A stretch of 64,000 nt of DNA from Squalus acanthias (taxonomy: Eukaryota): NCBI GenBank assembly GCA_030390025.1, contig JASTWF010000070.1, forward strand, positions 620,001-684,000, in the 5' to 3' direction. The translations under genes were made by a program, and so were the position numbers. Below the pieces are notes generated by a model, which had not been told where the DNA came from, did not search any database, and saw only the letters and a program-made list of their open reading frames with translations. This document shows positions 48,700-61,269 of this stretch, piece after piece. The first letter of the stretch is position 1. Each line of letters begins with the position of its first letter.

Positions 48700-49580
48700 T
48701 ATCACCACCACCTCCTCCACCCCTCCAATCTCTCTAAATTACCACACTGCTTGTCCAGCATCCAGCACTGGATGAGCAGAAATGTCCTCCAACTAAATAT
48801 TGGGATTACCAAAGCCATTGCCTTTGGTCTCCGCCACAAATTGCTGTCGCTCACCACTGACCCTATCCGTCTCCTTGGTAAATCTCTGAGGCTGAACCAG
48901 ACATTTCGCAATCTTGATGTCATATCTGAGCTGAGCTTCCGATCACATATCTGTGCCATCACTAAGACAGCATATTTCCACCTCCATAACATCGCCCGAC
49001 TCCGCCCCGCCTCAGCTCACCTGCTGCTGAAAGCCTCATCCGTGCTTTTGTTATCTCTAGACGTGACTATTCCAATGCACTCTAGGGACTCCTCCTACTT
49101 TCTTCACTCCGTAAACCTGAGGTCATTCAAAACTCTGCTGCCCGTGTCTGAACTCGTACCAACTCCCCTTCACCCATCACTCCTGTGCTCACTGACCTAC
49201 ATTGGCCCACCGATAAGCAACTTCTCGATTTTAAAAATCTGGTCTTTTTTTTCAAATCCCTCCATGATCTCGCCCCCCTCCCTAGCTCGGTAACCTCCTA
49301 CAGCCCTACAACCCTCAGAGATCTCTGCACTCCTCCAATTCTCCCTGATTTTAATTGCCCCACCATTGGCGGCCGAGCTTCCAGTTGCCAAGGCCCTAAG
49401 GTCTGGAATTACCTCCCTAAACGTCTCCCCCTCTCTACCTGCCTTTCCCCCTTTAAGACGCTCCTTAAAACCTTCCTCCTTGACCAAGCTTTTGTTCACC
49501 TGTCCTAATGTCTCCTTATGTGGTTTATTGTCCTATTAGATGACGTTCCTGTGAAGCACTTTGTGAGGTTATCTGGCGTT
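48700..49580 (+). mobile_element. Old L2/CR1-like LINE fragment, positional paralog of 3860-4787 and 63410-64000
   Basis: WMSRNVLQLNIG..KTAYFHLHNIARLRP. Confidence 0.75.
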
Positions 49581-49597
49581 AAAAGTGATCCGTTGAC

Positions 49598-50045
49598 GCT
49601 GTGGCTCAGAGGGTCGCACCCTCGCCTCTGAGTCAAGAGAGTTGGGAGTTCAATTCCTCACTCCGTGAGACTCGAGCACAAACATCTATGCTGACACTCC
49701 CGGTGCTGTACTGAGGGAGCGCTGCACTGTCGGAGGTGCCGTCTTTCAGATGAAACGTTAAACCGAGGTGCCGTGGATGTACAGGAACCCACAGCCACTT
49801 TTTCGAAGAAGAGCAGGGGAGCCCTTCCCGGTGTCCTGAGGCCAATATTTATCCCTCAATCAATATCATTAAAACAGATGATTTGGGCATTATCACATTG
49901 CTGTTTGAAGGAGCTTGCTCTGCGCAAATTGGCTACCGCAATTGCTGCATTGCAAAAGTGACTACACTTCAAAAAGTAATTAATTGGCTGTAAAGCCCGT
50001 TCGGATGTCCAGTGGTCGTTAAATGGGCTATATAAATACAAGTTG
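49598..50045 (+). mobile_element. tRNA-derived Deu-type SINE
   Basis: gctgtggctcagagggtcgcaccctcgcctctgagtcaag head plus core. Confidence 0.75.
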
Positions 50046-51589
50046 TTTTTTGCTCTTGCTGTAGGATACAGGACGCGGCTTTAGACAGGACTCACAACAA
50101 ACAGTCTATCTTACAGCAAACAAACTCTATTTACACAGCAAACAGATTCTCTTTAAACAGCGCATTACACCAAACAGTCTACAGAGTCTATTTAAAAAGA
50201 GTCGCTTAGAACTACAGCAAACAGAACTCATGACCGAAGCTATAGCAACCTCTCCCGGTAAAAACTGGGTCATTTCTCCAGCAAAATGCAGTGATAGTTA
50301 CACAATACAAATAATGTGCGTAAAAAAGGTTACTGTTACATATGTGTGTGTTACCCAGAGGAGCTATTAGATTTTTTTACAGTATTTAGCATGTTACCTA
50401 ATTCCATAATACAGCTGCACACATCGCATCTACTCACATAGAAGTAAATTATGCAGGAGAAATATAGCAAGGAGGAAGTGGGCATTTACTAAATCATCAC
50501 AACCGGAGATTAATATGGAAAGCAGGAAACGTGAAGAATTATTAATTATTACTCGGAAAGTGCGCCTTTCTGGAAACATGTTGACAGGGTTTATAGCTCC
50601 ATTTCAGTTAGTGAAGTGGGTGCAGGAGCAGAGAGACCTGGGGTTCAGGGACACAAATCTTTGAAGGTCACCGGACAAGTTGAGAAGACTCTTAAAATAG
50701 AGGCATAGGTAACAAAAGCAAGGACGTTATGCTAAATCTTTATAAACACTGGTTAGGCCTCAGCGGGAGTATTGTGGCCATTTCTGAGCAGCACACTTTA
50801 AGAAGGATGTCAAGACCTTGGGGAGGGTGCAAAGGAGATTTACTAGAATGGTACCAGAGATGCGTGACTTCACTTATGTGGAGAGACTGGAGAGGCTGGG
50901 ATTGTTCACCTTGGAGCATGGAAGGTTAAGGGAAGATTTCGATGCTGGATTTCCTGAGCTCCGGGAATCCCGGCTCGCAGACGTTAAACATAAGTCAGAC
51001 TCCCAACTGCACTGTGGGAAACTGATTTAAATATTATAATGAGGTTTCCCGCCTGAGAGCTTAAATATGGCGGCAGGAGCTTTTTACGGTGGGCTGGTGT
51101 GGCGTTACCCCATTTTTTATATTTAACCCCCCACTCTCTCCCGCCCATCTTATTCCCAGCCAATCCTCCAATACAGTTCCTAGGTCATCTAGGGTTCAGG
51201 AATGAATTGCTGGATCAATAACGTATTCTAAGAGCACTTTATCTAGGTTACATAGCATCAATAGCAAGTTGCATTTATATAGCGCATTTAACGTAGTAAA
51301 ACGCCCCAAGGTGCTTCACAGGAGCGCTTAACAAACAAAATTTGACACCGAGCCACATAAGGTGATATTAGGACAGGTGACCAAAAGCTTGCTCAGAGAG
51401 GTGGGTTTTAAGGAGGGTCTTAAAGGTGAAGAGTGAGGCGGAGAGGTTTAGAGAAGGGCGCGGGACAGATTGGGATCCACGCAGTTTCACTCCCAACAGT
51501 AAAAATTTGAAATGTTCAGAAATTTGCGGGGTAGTCGAAAAAGTGGAGCACTTTAAGTGACAGGAGTGTCATTTCGCTAAATTCACACC

Positions 51590-51995
51590 TCCAGGATTGT
51601 CCTTTCGCTTTGGAGTCAATGCCAGATCTTTGCTTAGCTGGGCGGGTCCGGTGTGAGCGGTGGCCAAGGCGGGTCGCGACGCCGCTGCTGGCTCCATCAA
51701 GCTGTGGATAATTAACTTACCTCAATGGAGCCTATTAAGCCCGCCCAGCGCATTACCAGGCCCAATGAGATGGAGCGGGTCTGGTGACGTCATTCATGAC
51801 GCGTTTTCAGCAAAGATCTTTAAAGGGACCATGGCCACATCACAGTTGAAGTTTAATCTCACATCGTGCTGTCGTTGCACTAAGGGGCATGGGCGCGAGA
51901 TGACGGCGGGATCCTGACACGCTGACAAAAATATCAACATCCCCACCCGATCCCCCATCGATCTGGCCCGCTATCACAACGGAAAACTCCGGCTC
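51590..51995. mobile_element. Short non-autonomous Harbinger-related fragment
   Basis: 51755-51835 is similar to the reverse complement of 53545-53625. Confidence 0.5.
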
Positions 51996-52046
51996 GGTCT
52001 GTACCGAGTACTAACCGACACCAACCTAAAGTCTAACTGCAATCTT

Positions 52047-53757
52047 CGGGGGGGATTTTCCATGTTTTCAGCGGGCGGGATCGGTGGCGGGTCAGGTGGG
52101 AAAGTATGTTTTTTACAGTGGTCGGGACCCCGCTGTCAACCCGCCACCACGCGCCTTTACCTGATGCCGGGTCTGTCAGCGCTGAACAGACCCGACACGC
52201 AGCGGCGGGGGAGGCAATTCAGGCCTTTATGACCTAGTTAACAGAGGAGTAACAACAATTTTGAGCTCACCTTTAGAATTTACCAGCTCGCCAACGGGGC
52301 CCAGGCTATTGGGGATTACATCTGATAAGCTGGGCGTGAGTTGAATGGTCATGGAATCATCTCATTACTTGACATCTGGAAATGTGCTTAAAAGCTCCCT
52401 TCTCACAGTTGTTCACTTTCCAAGCTCAAAAGCTATTGCTTACTGCATTTGGAAGCGAGATTGAGCTTTATGCAGTTTGCAAGTGTTTGGAGCAAACTCT
52501 CTGTCCTGCGTCACCTCATTGGAACGACCGCTGTCACCATTGACAGATTCCTTCTCTCAACTCAAGTTCACCTGCCATCTATTCCATCAGCATGGGTACA
52601 GTTTATATTCTCTCACCTTGGTCCTCAGAATGCGAGCACGTTCAGCCGCAACACCAGCATCACCAGGCACAACAGCAGCACCAACAACCACACCAACCTT
52701 CTCCGCAATCACCTGATGCTGCACAGGACAGAGGGAATCAGCACCCAACCACATTGCTGCCCGGGATGCCAGGGATGGGCTCATCGTGGCCAGGTTTACT
52801 TCACTTGACGCTCCACACCCTGGCTGCCACATGATGCTCCAGGTGGCACCACCCCACACCAACAACGTAAAGCATCCCTACAATGCCCAAGCCATTCCTT
52901 TCCCACTCATCAGCATTGCGGGGGTGGGGGTACGATTATGTTTTACCATTCACTGCAACTCACTAAGCCACTTCCAAAATTGCACACCAATCTGTCGATA
53001 GCACATTAGCAGAAATGTCAAATGAACATTGGCTAAAACACAAAACCCTGGTGTGTTGTTAGTTGGTATGATTGGACTAGCATTAGGGTGAGTGTGAGGG
53101 GTGGCTAGTGAGATGTGGAAGTGATAATGTAGATAGAGAGTGATGGGTAGAGGTGCAAGGTTAGTTGGTGTGAGTAAGCCTGTGCAGGAGTAGGACAGGG
53201 AAGACAGAGTCATGGGGATGTGATGAGTGGCACAGCAGGATGAGGTTGAGTGTGTCTTTGCATTACGTTTCGTGTTCTACTGAGATCATTGAAAGGTTTG
53301 CGCCACTGAAGCCTGGTCCTCTTGACGATATCCTTGCTTGTGTCCTCCTGTGCTATGTGCAACCAGGCTGCGTTGGTCTCCTGGGGACGTCTCTTTGGAA
53401 GGGAAAAGAGCCTCCCTACGTGCTCTGGAGGGAGTCATGGGAGAGCTTGGGTACGACCGTGCAACTCTGTGAAGTGCTTGTCAATGTTTGCCGCACTTCA
53501 ATTCTGCAGAACAGGAACAGCTCAAATGTCAAACTAAATTTGCGCATGGTACCTTTAATAAAACCGGCTGATGACGCGCCATGAAATGACGTCATCAGGC
53601 CCGCTTCCTTCTATTGGCCGGGAAACTCGATGCTGGGGCTCAACAAGTCCAATCAGAAGAAAGTCATGTCGGAGGCCGCGATGCAGCCAGCAGCGAGACC
53701 GGGACCCGCCAACGACCTCGCCCGCCACGGACTCGCCCAGTTAGGGGAAATCGCGGA
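52047..53757. mobile_element. Internally deleted PIF/Harbinger-type DNA transposon
   Basis: Imperfect TIRs (gattttcc..gcgggcgggatcggtggcgggtc versus its reverse complement at 53700-53755). Minus-strand Myb/SANT-like relic TNAAWLHIAQEDTSKDIVKRTRLQWRKPFNDLSR at ~53275-53390. Confidence 0.65.
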
Positions 53758-54524
53758 CTAAGTGTCTCCACAGGGAGTCTTTGACACCGATCTACGATAC
53801 TGTGTGGGAATTGTTCATTGTTCCTCTTTTGCTGCCCCGCGTGTAGTTCCTAAGCTATCCTCCAGTTCCTCGTTCACAGCCCATCCCAAAGACCCTGACC
53901 ATACGTTCATTATCTGTGCTTTTCCTACCTGGATGATGTCCCCTTTCAATACTTGATTGAGCAACGGAATCAGACTGAGTTTTAGCAATCTCTTTCGTAA
54001 TCGAATCCCGGAATGATGCGTGGCGCTATTTAATGAATGGCCTGCAATAGAATAATTTCACTTTTGAAGCTAGGGCGCCAAAGTGACACATGGGGTCTCA
54101 GCACCGATCTACAGAAGCTTAAGGTTTGGAAATCAAACAGCCACGAGATGTGTGGCGTCAGAATAATCCTTATCCTTCACTGTAATATATACTGGTGGGC
54201 TCAAGATACTGAGAGATTAATAATCTTTATTTATCAATACACTTATAGAAACATAGCACCTCCAGTGCTATGAGAATGATCTCAATTGTACTCACAAACG
54301 CAGCTATTTAGTTATGCAAGGTAAGCACGGTGCTCGGACGTCATCACGTTCATAGTACGTGTGATTCGTTACGTACGCACGCAGGATTAATAGGTAAACT
54401 CGCCTCCCCCACCAGCCTTGCACATGCTCATTGGCGACACTCTCTGTCCAGTGTTCTCTGGACATTTCACGTGTATGATTAACCATATTCAGAATCTTCA
54501 CTTGCTGATCTAGGAGCACAGGAA

Positions 54525-55735
54525 CAGGAGTAGGTCCACAGTGGATTACCTCACACTCCCCCACATTGAGCGACATCTGTCATATTTCACTCCACTCGCT
54601 GCCTGTACATATCCCCTTCCAAATTGTTGCTCCCATCTGCACAAGTTACTGTGCCTCCTAATTTAACACCACCTGCAAACTTGGATATACAACTTCCTAT
54701 TCCTTCATCCAACTCATTAATATATGCGGTGAAAAGATTGAGGCCCCAGAACAGATCCCTGGGGCACACCACTTGTCACATCCCGCCAATCTGAGTACCT
54801 ACCCTTTATCCCGACTCTCTCTCTCTTACTTCCCATCCAAACTCCAACCCAAATCAAAAGGCTCCCCCCAATTCCATGCGGTCTCAACTTGGCCAATAAT
54901 CTTTAACGTGGAACCTTCTTGAATGCCTTCTGGGAGTCAATATAGATAACATCCATAGACACTCCTTTGTCTATCTGATTATTGACCTCCTCAAGAAATG
55001 CAACTACATTAGTCAGACATGATTTACCTTTAAGAAAGCCATGTTGGCCCGCTCTGATCAGCTCATATTTGCAGAAGTGATCAGTCACTCTATCCTTAAT
55101 GACAGATTCTGTTAACTTCCCCACAACTGACGTTAAACTGACAGTCCGGTAGTGGCCTGGTTTCTCTCTCCCACCCTACTTAAATAATCCAGTATCTGGA
55201 GCACTGTGTACAGGTTCTGGATACACCATATCAGAAAGGATATACTGGAGGGAGTTCAGCGCAGATTCACCAGAATGATACCAGGGATCCAAAGTTTACA
55301 TTACGAGGAGAGATCAGATAAACTAGGCTTGTATTGGCTGGAATATGTAATGATAAGGGGTGATTTGATTGAGGTTTTTAGGATTTTGTGAGGGATTGAT
55401 AGGGTTGACAGAGATAAAACCACTCCTCCGGTGGGGGGACGTCCAGAACAAGGAAGCATAACCTTAAAATTAAGAAATCCAATGGGGAATACAGGAGCAA
55501 TCTTTTTACCCAGAGAGTGCTGAGAATGTGGAACACGCTACCATATGGAGTAGCTGAGTCGAATAGCAGAGAAGCATTTCAGGGGAAGCTCGATGAGTAC
55601 ATGAGGGAGAAAGGAATAGAAGGATATGTTGATGGAGTGAGATGAAATAGGGGTGGGAGGAGGCTCGTGTGGAGCATAAACACCGACATAGACTGATTGG
55701 ACTGAATAGTCTGTTTGTGCTGTACATTCTATGTA
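54525..55735. mobile_element. Degenerate CR1 RT fragment (-, 54525-55190) abutting CR1 3' fragments (+)
   Basis: [26 protein letters not shown]; GVQRRFTRMIPG. Confidence 0.8.
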
Positions 55736-56108
55736 ATCCACTCAATGTCCCTTTAAGTGCTGAGTAAAGACGGACCATTTTAGGCTCGTGGCAGCATTTC
55801 ATGTTTATTAATAGCTGTGATACACAAGTTGCCAATCACAATATGATCACAGACTAAATGGAAATCTGTCCCCATTCTACACACAGCGAAAGTTTACACA
55901 CAAGATATTGGGGACAATTGTACAGAAAGTTCCATCTCACAATCATTTTGTACTCTTCTGATATTATTAAACATTCAGCTTGTTTGCTAACATCTGAAAT
56001 TGCTACAGCGATTACATTGCAAAAAAGGTTGATTGCACACATCGAATGATCTGTTTCATTACATTAAACACGAGCAAAAATCAAACACCACTGCCAACTC
56101 GCACCGCC

Positions 56109-56437
56109 TCAGTCGGAACACGAGGAGGCGCTGATGGTCTTGAGAAGAGGCGAGCTCAGGGAGCCGTGGCTGACGCTGCAGGAATTGCTGGAGCCCTTGT
56201 TCCAGGCGGCGGCGGGGACTCTCAGGTAACTGCTCAGTCTGTAGGTTTGATCGCTGTCCGGCGACACTGAGCCTGTCGTCACCCCGCTGTCTGTCTCTTG
56301 GCCATTCACGCTCCAGCGGAGCCGCACCAAGCCCGGCTTAAAGCAACTGACCAGGCAGGACAGAGTGGCCGAGCCCGAGCCGATTTCGTCCGAGGAGGGA
56401 GGGAGGAGAAGAACCGAGGGGCTTCGATCCTCGCTGC
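56109..56437 (-). pseudogene. IgL copy 3 constant exon (open frame, part of a probable pseudogene)
   Basis: 8 aa differences from copy 2 C, including YSC->NSC and R->C. Confidence 0.85.
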
Positions 56438-59257
56438 CTGTGTGTGGGGGCAGTGAAAATTCATTAGTTTATGGGATTCGTCAGCAGTGGGACGCTCTGA
56501 TCTGAAATCAAAGACTCCAAAGAACCCCCGAACAACATTCACTTTAAAATAAATTACTGATTAATACAGGAGTTCCAATAAATTCTTAAACCTCTAATTC
56601 CTCTGCTCCTCTGCCAATTCATCTGCCTACATTACAAAAGTGAGTTGGTTCAAAAGTACTTCATTCCTTCTTTCTTTATTGCATTCTTCCTGAATTTTTT
56701 GAAAACTAAACACAGAAAATGCTAATAAATGCTGGAAATACAGACCGGGTCTGTCAGCATGTGTGAGGCGGAAAGATCAGAAACTGACCAGTTCAGGTGT
56801 AGGTTACACCCCCGGAACCGCACGAACCTATCTGTTCCCGTTACAGACACTGACCGACCGGCCGTGTATTCCCAGCATTTTCTGTTTTTATTTAATTTCC
56901 TGTAATTGCAGTTTTTTTAGCTTTTTACTTGAATATAATAAAGCGTTTGATTGTCTTAAAATCCGTTCAGTGTTAACATTAAAGTGGTGAAATCACGGAG
57001 CAGTGAATCGCTTTTCACCGAGACTCCACATTATGTTCTGATATCTCAAACTGATGCAGCCCTTTCAAAGAGCCGCCACAGGCACGATGGGCCGAATGGC
57101 CTCCTTCTGTGCTGTATCATTCCATAAGTGCCCGGAAGTTTTGTTTGCGAATCATATTGATGTGGAATTGCGAGTTAGAAACTGATCGGCTTTAAATGTT
57201 GCTGGGATGATAATTGAGCCGTGTCTGTTACCGGGTATTGAAGAGCTCACTGAATAAAGAGAGGACATTGTACACGGGCTGGGAATTAATGTAGTGACTC
57301 TGCCTAACAATATTGTAAATGCTTTACAAAGAATTACACAGAATATGCAGCACACAAACAGACAATCGTCCCAACCAATCCATGCCGGCGTTTATGCTCC
57401 ACTCCAGCCTCCTCCCATCCGTCCACATCTAACTCTATCAGCATAACCCTCTATTCCCTTCTCCCTCATGTGCTTATCTAGCTTCCCCTTAAATCTATAC
57501 TATTCTCCTCAATCAATCCGTGTTGTGGTGAGCACCACATTCTCACCACTCTCTGGGTAACAAAATCCCTATTTGATTTCTTGGTGTTATCTTATATTGA
57601 TGGCTCATAGTTTTCATCTTCCCCACCAGTGGAAACATTCTCTCTGTGTCTACTCTATCAAAACGTTTCATAATTTTAAAGACTTCGGCGCTATCCCCGG
57701 GGGAACACTGGACAGGGAGAGTCAGCAGACACAGCCTGGGGAGGGAGAGGGTCAGCAGCGAGAGAATGAGGTGGAGAGAAAGCTCCCTTCAACAAGCATC
57801 ACCCAGTCTCACTCACACACATGGGGCTGGTCAGTAATTGTCATTGCGCCGCTCCATGGTAAAGCGGCGGTTCTGCTCTATAAACATCGGGGAGATTGCA
57901 AATAATGACCTGAGGCAGATTAAATATCGCAGCAGGAAATTCGGGATGAAACCAGTCCCGGCAAACGAATAAAATCCCGACTATTCCCGGTGTTGCTGGC
58001 GACAAGGAGTCGATCCAACCGGTTGTGTGCTTGGACAGCGGGTCTCGGGAAGGTCCTCTCTCTCTCCCAGCCCAGATCCGGACACCCGACGGCTGCAGTC
58101 AGGGGGACAATACGCCACAGGTATAAAACCAGCAGCAACATTGAAAGTTGTAAATGACGGTAAATGGGTTGGCATTCCCCGGGAACTCTCCCGCCGGCTC
58201 CGAGCAATCTATTTAAAATCGGGCGGTGCCGACTCTGGATAATAGGAATAATTCCACATACACATAGAGACAGCATAGAATCATACAGCACAGAAGGAGG
58301 CCATTCGGCCCATTGTGCCAGTGCCGGCACTTTGAAAGAGCTCTCCAATCAGTCCCACTCCCCTGCTCTTTCCGCAGAGCCCTGCAATTTTCTCCTGTTC
58401 AAGTCTCAGTGTAACATAGTGACATATTCAGTGCCCACTGTCAGAACTACACAGTGTTGCTCAGAACTTTCCTCTCTCTCTCAGTCTCTCTTTTGCCGCA
58501 CCCGAATGATACCGCCGCTTAGAGGGTTAAATTACAAGGACGGGTTGCATAAACTTGGCCTGTATTCCCTTGAGGTTAGAAGATTCAGAGGTGATATAGA
58601 TCGAGGTGTTTAAAATGTGAAAAAGGATTCGATCGGGTCAACACAGTGAAACGATTTCCTCCGGTCGGGGAATCATGAACCAGGGGACATCAACTTAAAA
58701 TTAGAGCCCGGCCATTGAGGCGGGAAGGACTTTTTCACACAGGCTCGAATGGCTGAATGGCCTCCTCCTGTTCCTCTGTCACTATTTTATCAATCAGTTC
58801 TCCGATGAGGACATTCAGCCCATCGTGCTTGTGCCGGCTCTTTGAATAGAGCTATCCAATTATTCCCACTGCCCTGCTCTTTCCCTAAAGCTCTGCATTT
58901 ATCCTTTTCAAGTATTTGTCCAATTCCCTTTTGAAAGTTACTATTGAATCTGCTTCCACCGCCCTTTCAGGCAGCGCGTTCCAGATCACAACAACTCGCT
59001 GCGTAAAAAGAACACTTCTCCTCATCTGACCTATTGTCTGGGAGCAGGAAATGGTGTCAAACTTCATTTCAGCGCAGTATTATTCCCTGATGCGCCTCAA
59101 CAATTCCAATTCTGAACAGTTTAACATTTTTTCGGTATAAATAGATCCAACATCAAAATTCATTGAATCGAGATTTCTCTGGCGCCCGGGAATGAAAGCG
59201 ACTGTAAATTAATAATAATTGAAACAATGTAAATGATAGAATGAGAGAGTCACTTAC

Positions 59258-59611
59258 TCTTTACACTCAGGGCGGTCCCCGGTCCGAAGAAGTATCCAGT
59301 GTCCCAGACAGCACAGTAATAGACGGCGGAGTCACCGGGCACCAGGGTTCCGATGGTCAGAATGTAACTGTTACCGGAGGCGTCGCCTGAAGGTTGAAAA
59401 CGGTCTGTGAAGCCGGTACCTCGGTAGATGGTACCATCATGCTTGTGATATATCAAATACACCGGAGCTTCCCCGGGTCGCTGTCGGAACTATTCCACGC
59501 GTTTGCTGCCCACAACCCCGTTCTCCATCGCACACTGTAACCGGGCGGTCAGACCCGCGGAGACAGGATCGGATATTGGGGACTGATTGAGGACGGGAGC
59601 CGCCAGAACAC
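59258..59611 (-). pseudogene. IgL copy 3 germline-joined VJ exon with premature stop
   Basis: Conserved Trp codon TGG->TAG at 59490-59492. Otherwise full length, ..CAVWDTGYFFGPGTALSVK. Confidence 0.88.
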
Positions 59612-59763
59612 CTTCAATAAAAGAAAAAAATCAACCCATTCAGAGACTTGGAGCTAATAGGATGTTAATACGTCAATAAACACGGAGAGAAAACCGCTCG
59701 ATTCTCGGTATTGAACCGATTTAGTTGCGGATAAACCCGTGACTAAAACCATCCGTCTCTCAC

Positions 59764-59812
59764 CTGTTAAATGGATCAGCAGAGCCCACAGGAGATGCAT
59801 CGCTGGAGCCAT
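59764..59812 (-). pseudogene. IgL copy 3 leader exon
   Basis: MAPAMHLLWALLIHLT+G. Confidence 0.88.
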
Positions 59813-59944
59813 TTCCTCCGGAGAAGCGCCAAAAGCCACCGCTCAAATTTCCGACTGAATCGTGCGCTGTTCCTGTAAACTCCGGGACCCGGTCCAGTTA
59901 CAAAGTCTGCAAACCCGAGCCTCCGGGTCTATTTATTACCCGGT

Positions 59945-59952
59945 ATGCAAAT
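59945..59952 (-). promoter_or_regulatory. IgL copy 3 octamer
   Basis: ATTTGCAT on the gene strand. Confidence 0.85.
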
Positions 59953-61269
59953 GAATGGGAGGGGCCAGGAAAAGGAAGGAGGCAGATTTTTAATTCGGGT
60001 ATTTTTATTTAAATCAATTTGTGCCTGATTAAATTATTAGAATCTTAAACCTTTCATTTGAAAATGTTTAAAATCCAATTGGAGTATCTGCTAAGTGAAA
60101 GTTCCAAGATTTCGAAGATTTTGGCATTTAATGAATATTTAGTCTGTGTTCTACAATGAGGGGCGGATTGTCGAGATACGGATCAGCTGATGCACTTCGG
60201 CCGGAATCGTTCTGATAAAGCGCTGTTACTCTCTGATATACTGCATCAGATTTTAAAATAATCTTTTCCCCCTAAAATACATATTTCATAATACACTGAC
60301 GTCCCTTTCTCTAAATCAGCAGCAAGACAACCCTGAATTTGTCAATCCCTTTAGAATTGGTGTTTCAATTGATAAATATGATTTGGTCTTCAGTCTGAAA
60401 ATACATTTCTGATGAGAATATTCATGAGGTGGAGTAAAGAGCGAATTAGATGAATGAGAAAGAGGGGAAGAAAGCGGCATTTTACACACTGCCCCGGATT
60501 AAAGAGAAGTTGTTCTATTATAGTCTGAGTCATCCCCTTTAAAACTCAGGAGGGCAAATAAAACTCGGCACAATATTAATAAAATTGCACCTTGCCTTTA
60601 ATTTACTGCGAGTCCGATTAATGCGCGCAGCTCCCGTTTTAAACCCTGATGCAGTTGAATAATTAAGCGGCAGGGTCAGTTGTTTCTGGGGCTCTGTGAT
60701 GTTGAAATCTTCCCCTGTTTGGAGTCAATCCCTAACTCCCCGCACTGAGTCTTGGTTCATGTTTTTAAAAGTCAGATTGAAACTGATTGGTGTCAGTTAC
60801 TTGAGGGCGAAAGAATATGCATTAAATTGTTAATAATTGGGTTTGCTCGAGACATTAGCGTCAAAGGAACAATATTTTTTGTTTCATAAATAAATATCTG
60901 AATTGTGCATCTGTGAAGTTAGGTATTCCCCTGTTCCTTAGTAAAACACACAGAGCGGCCGCGGGATTCTCGCCCCCTGAAGCAGCCGGCACTGAATTCG
61001 CGCAGGAATTGGTTCTCACCTGGACAAGGGTCTTTTCGGTGAAGCCCAGGTGCTTGGTTCTGTTTCTGCGCTTGAACTGAGCACTGATTCCTCTGGTCTG
61101 TTAGAATTATTAAAGGGGCTTTGGTGCTGTGACTGGAGCTGCTCTCTCAAAATTGCGCAGGAAACAAGAGCTTTGTCACTGCTGACAATGACACGGCTGA
61201 CTGGAGAACCAATCATTGCAGAGCACTGGCCACACAGCGCACTGCACTTTGGGTACTGTAGTTCCACAT

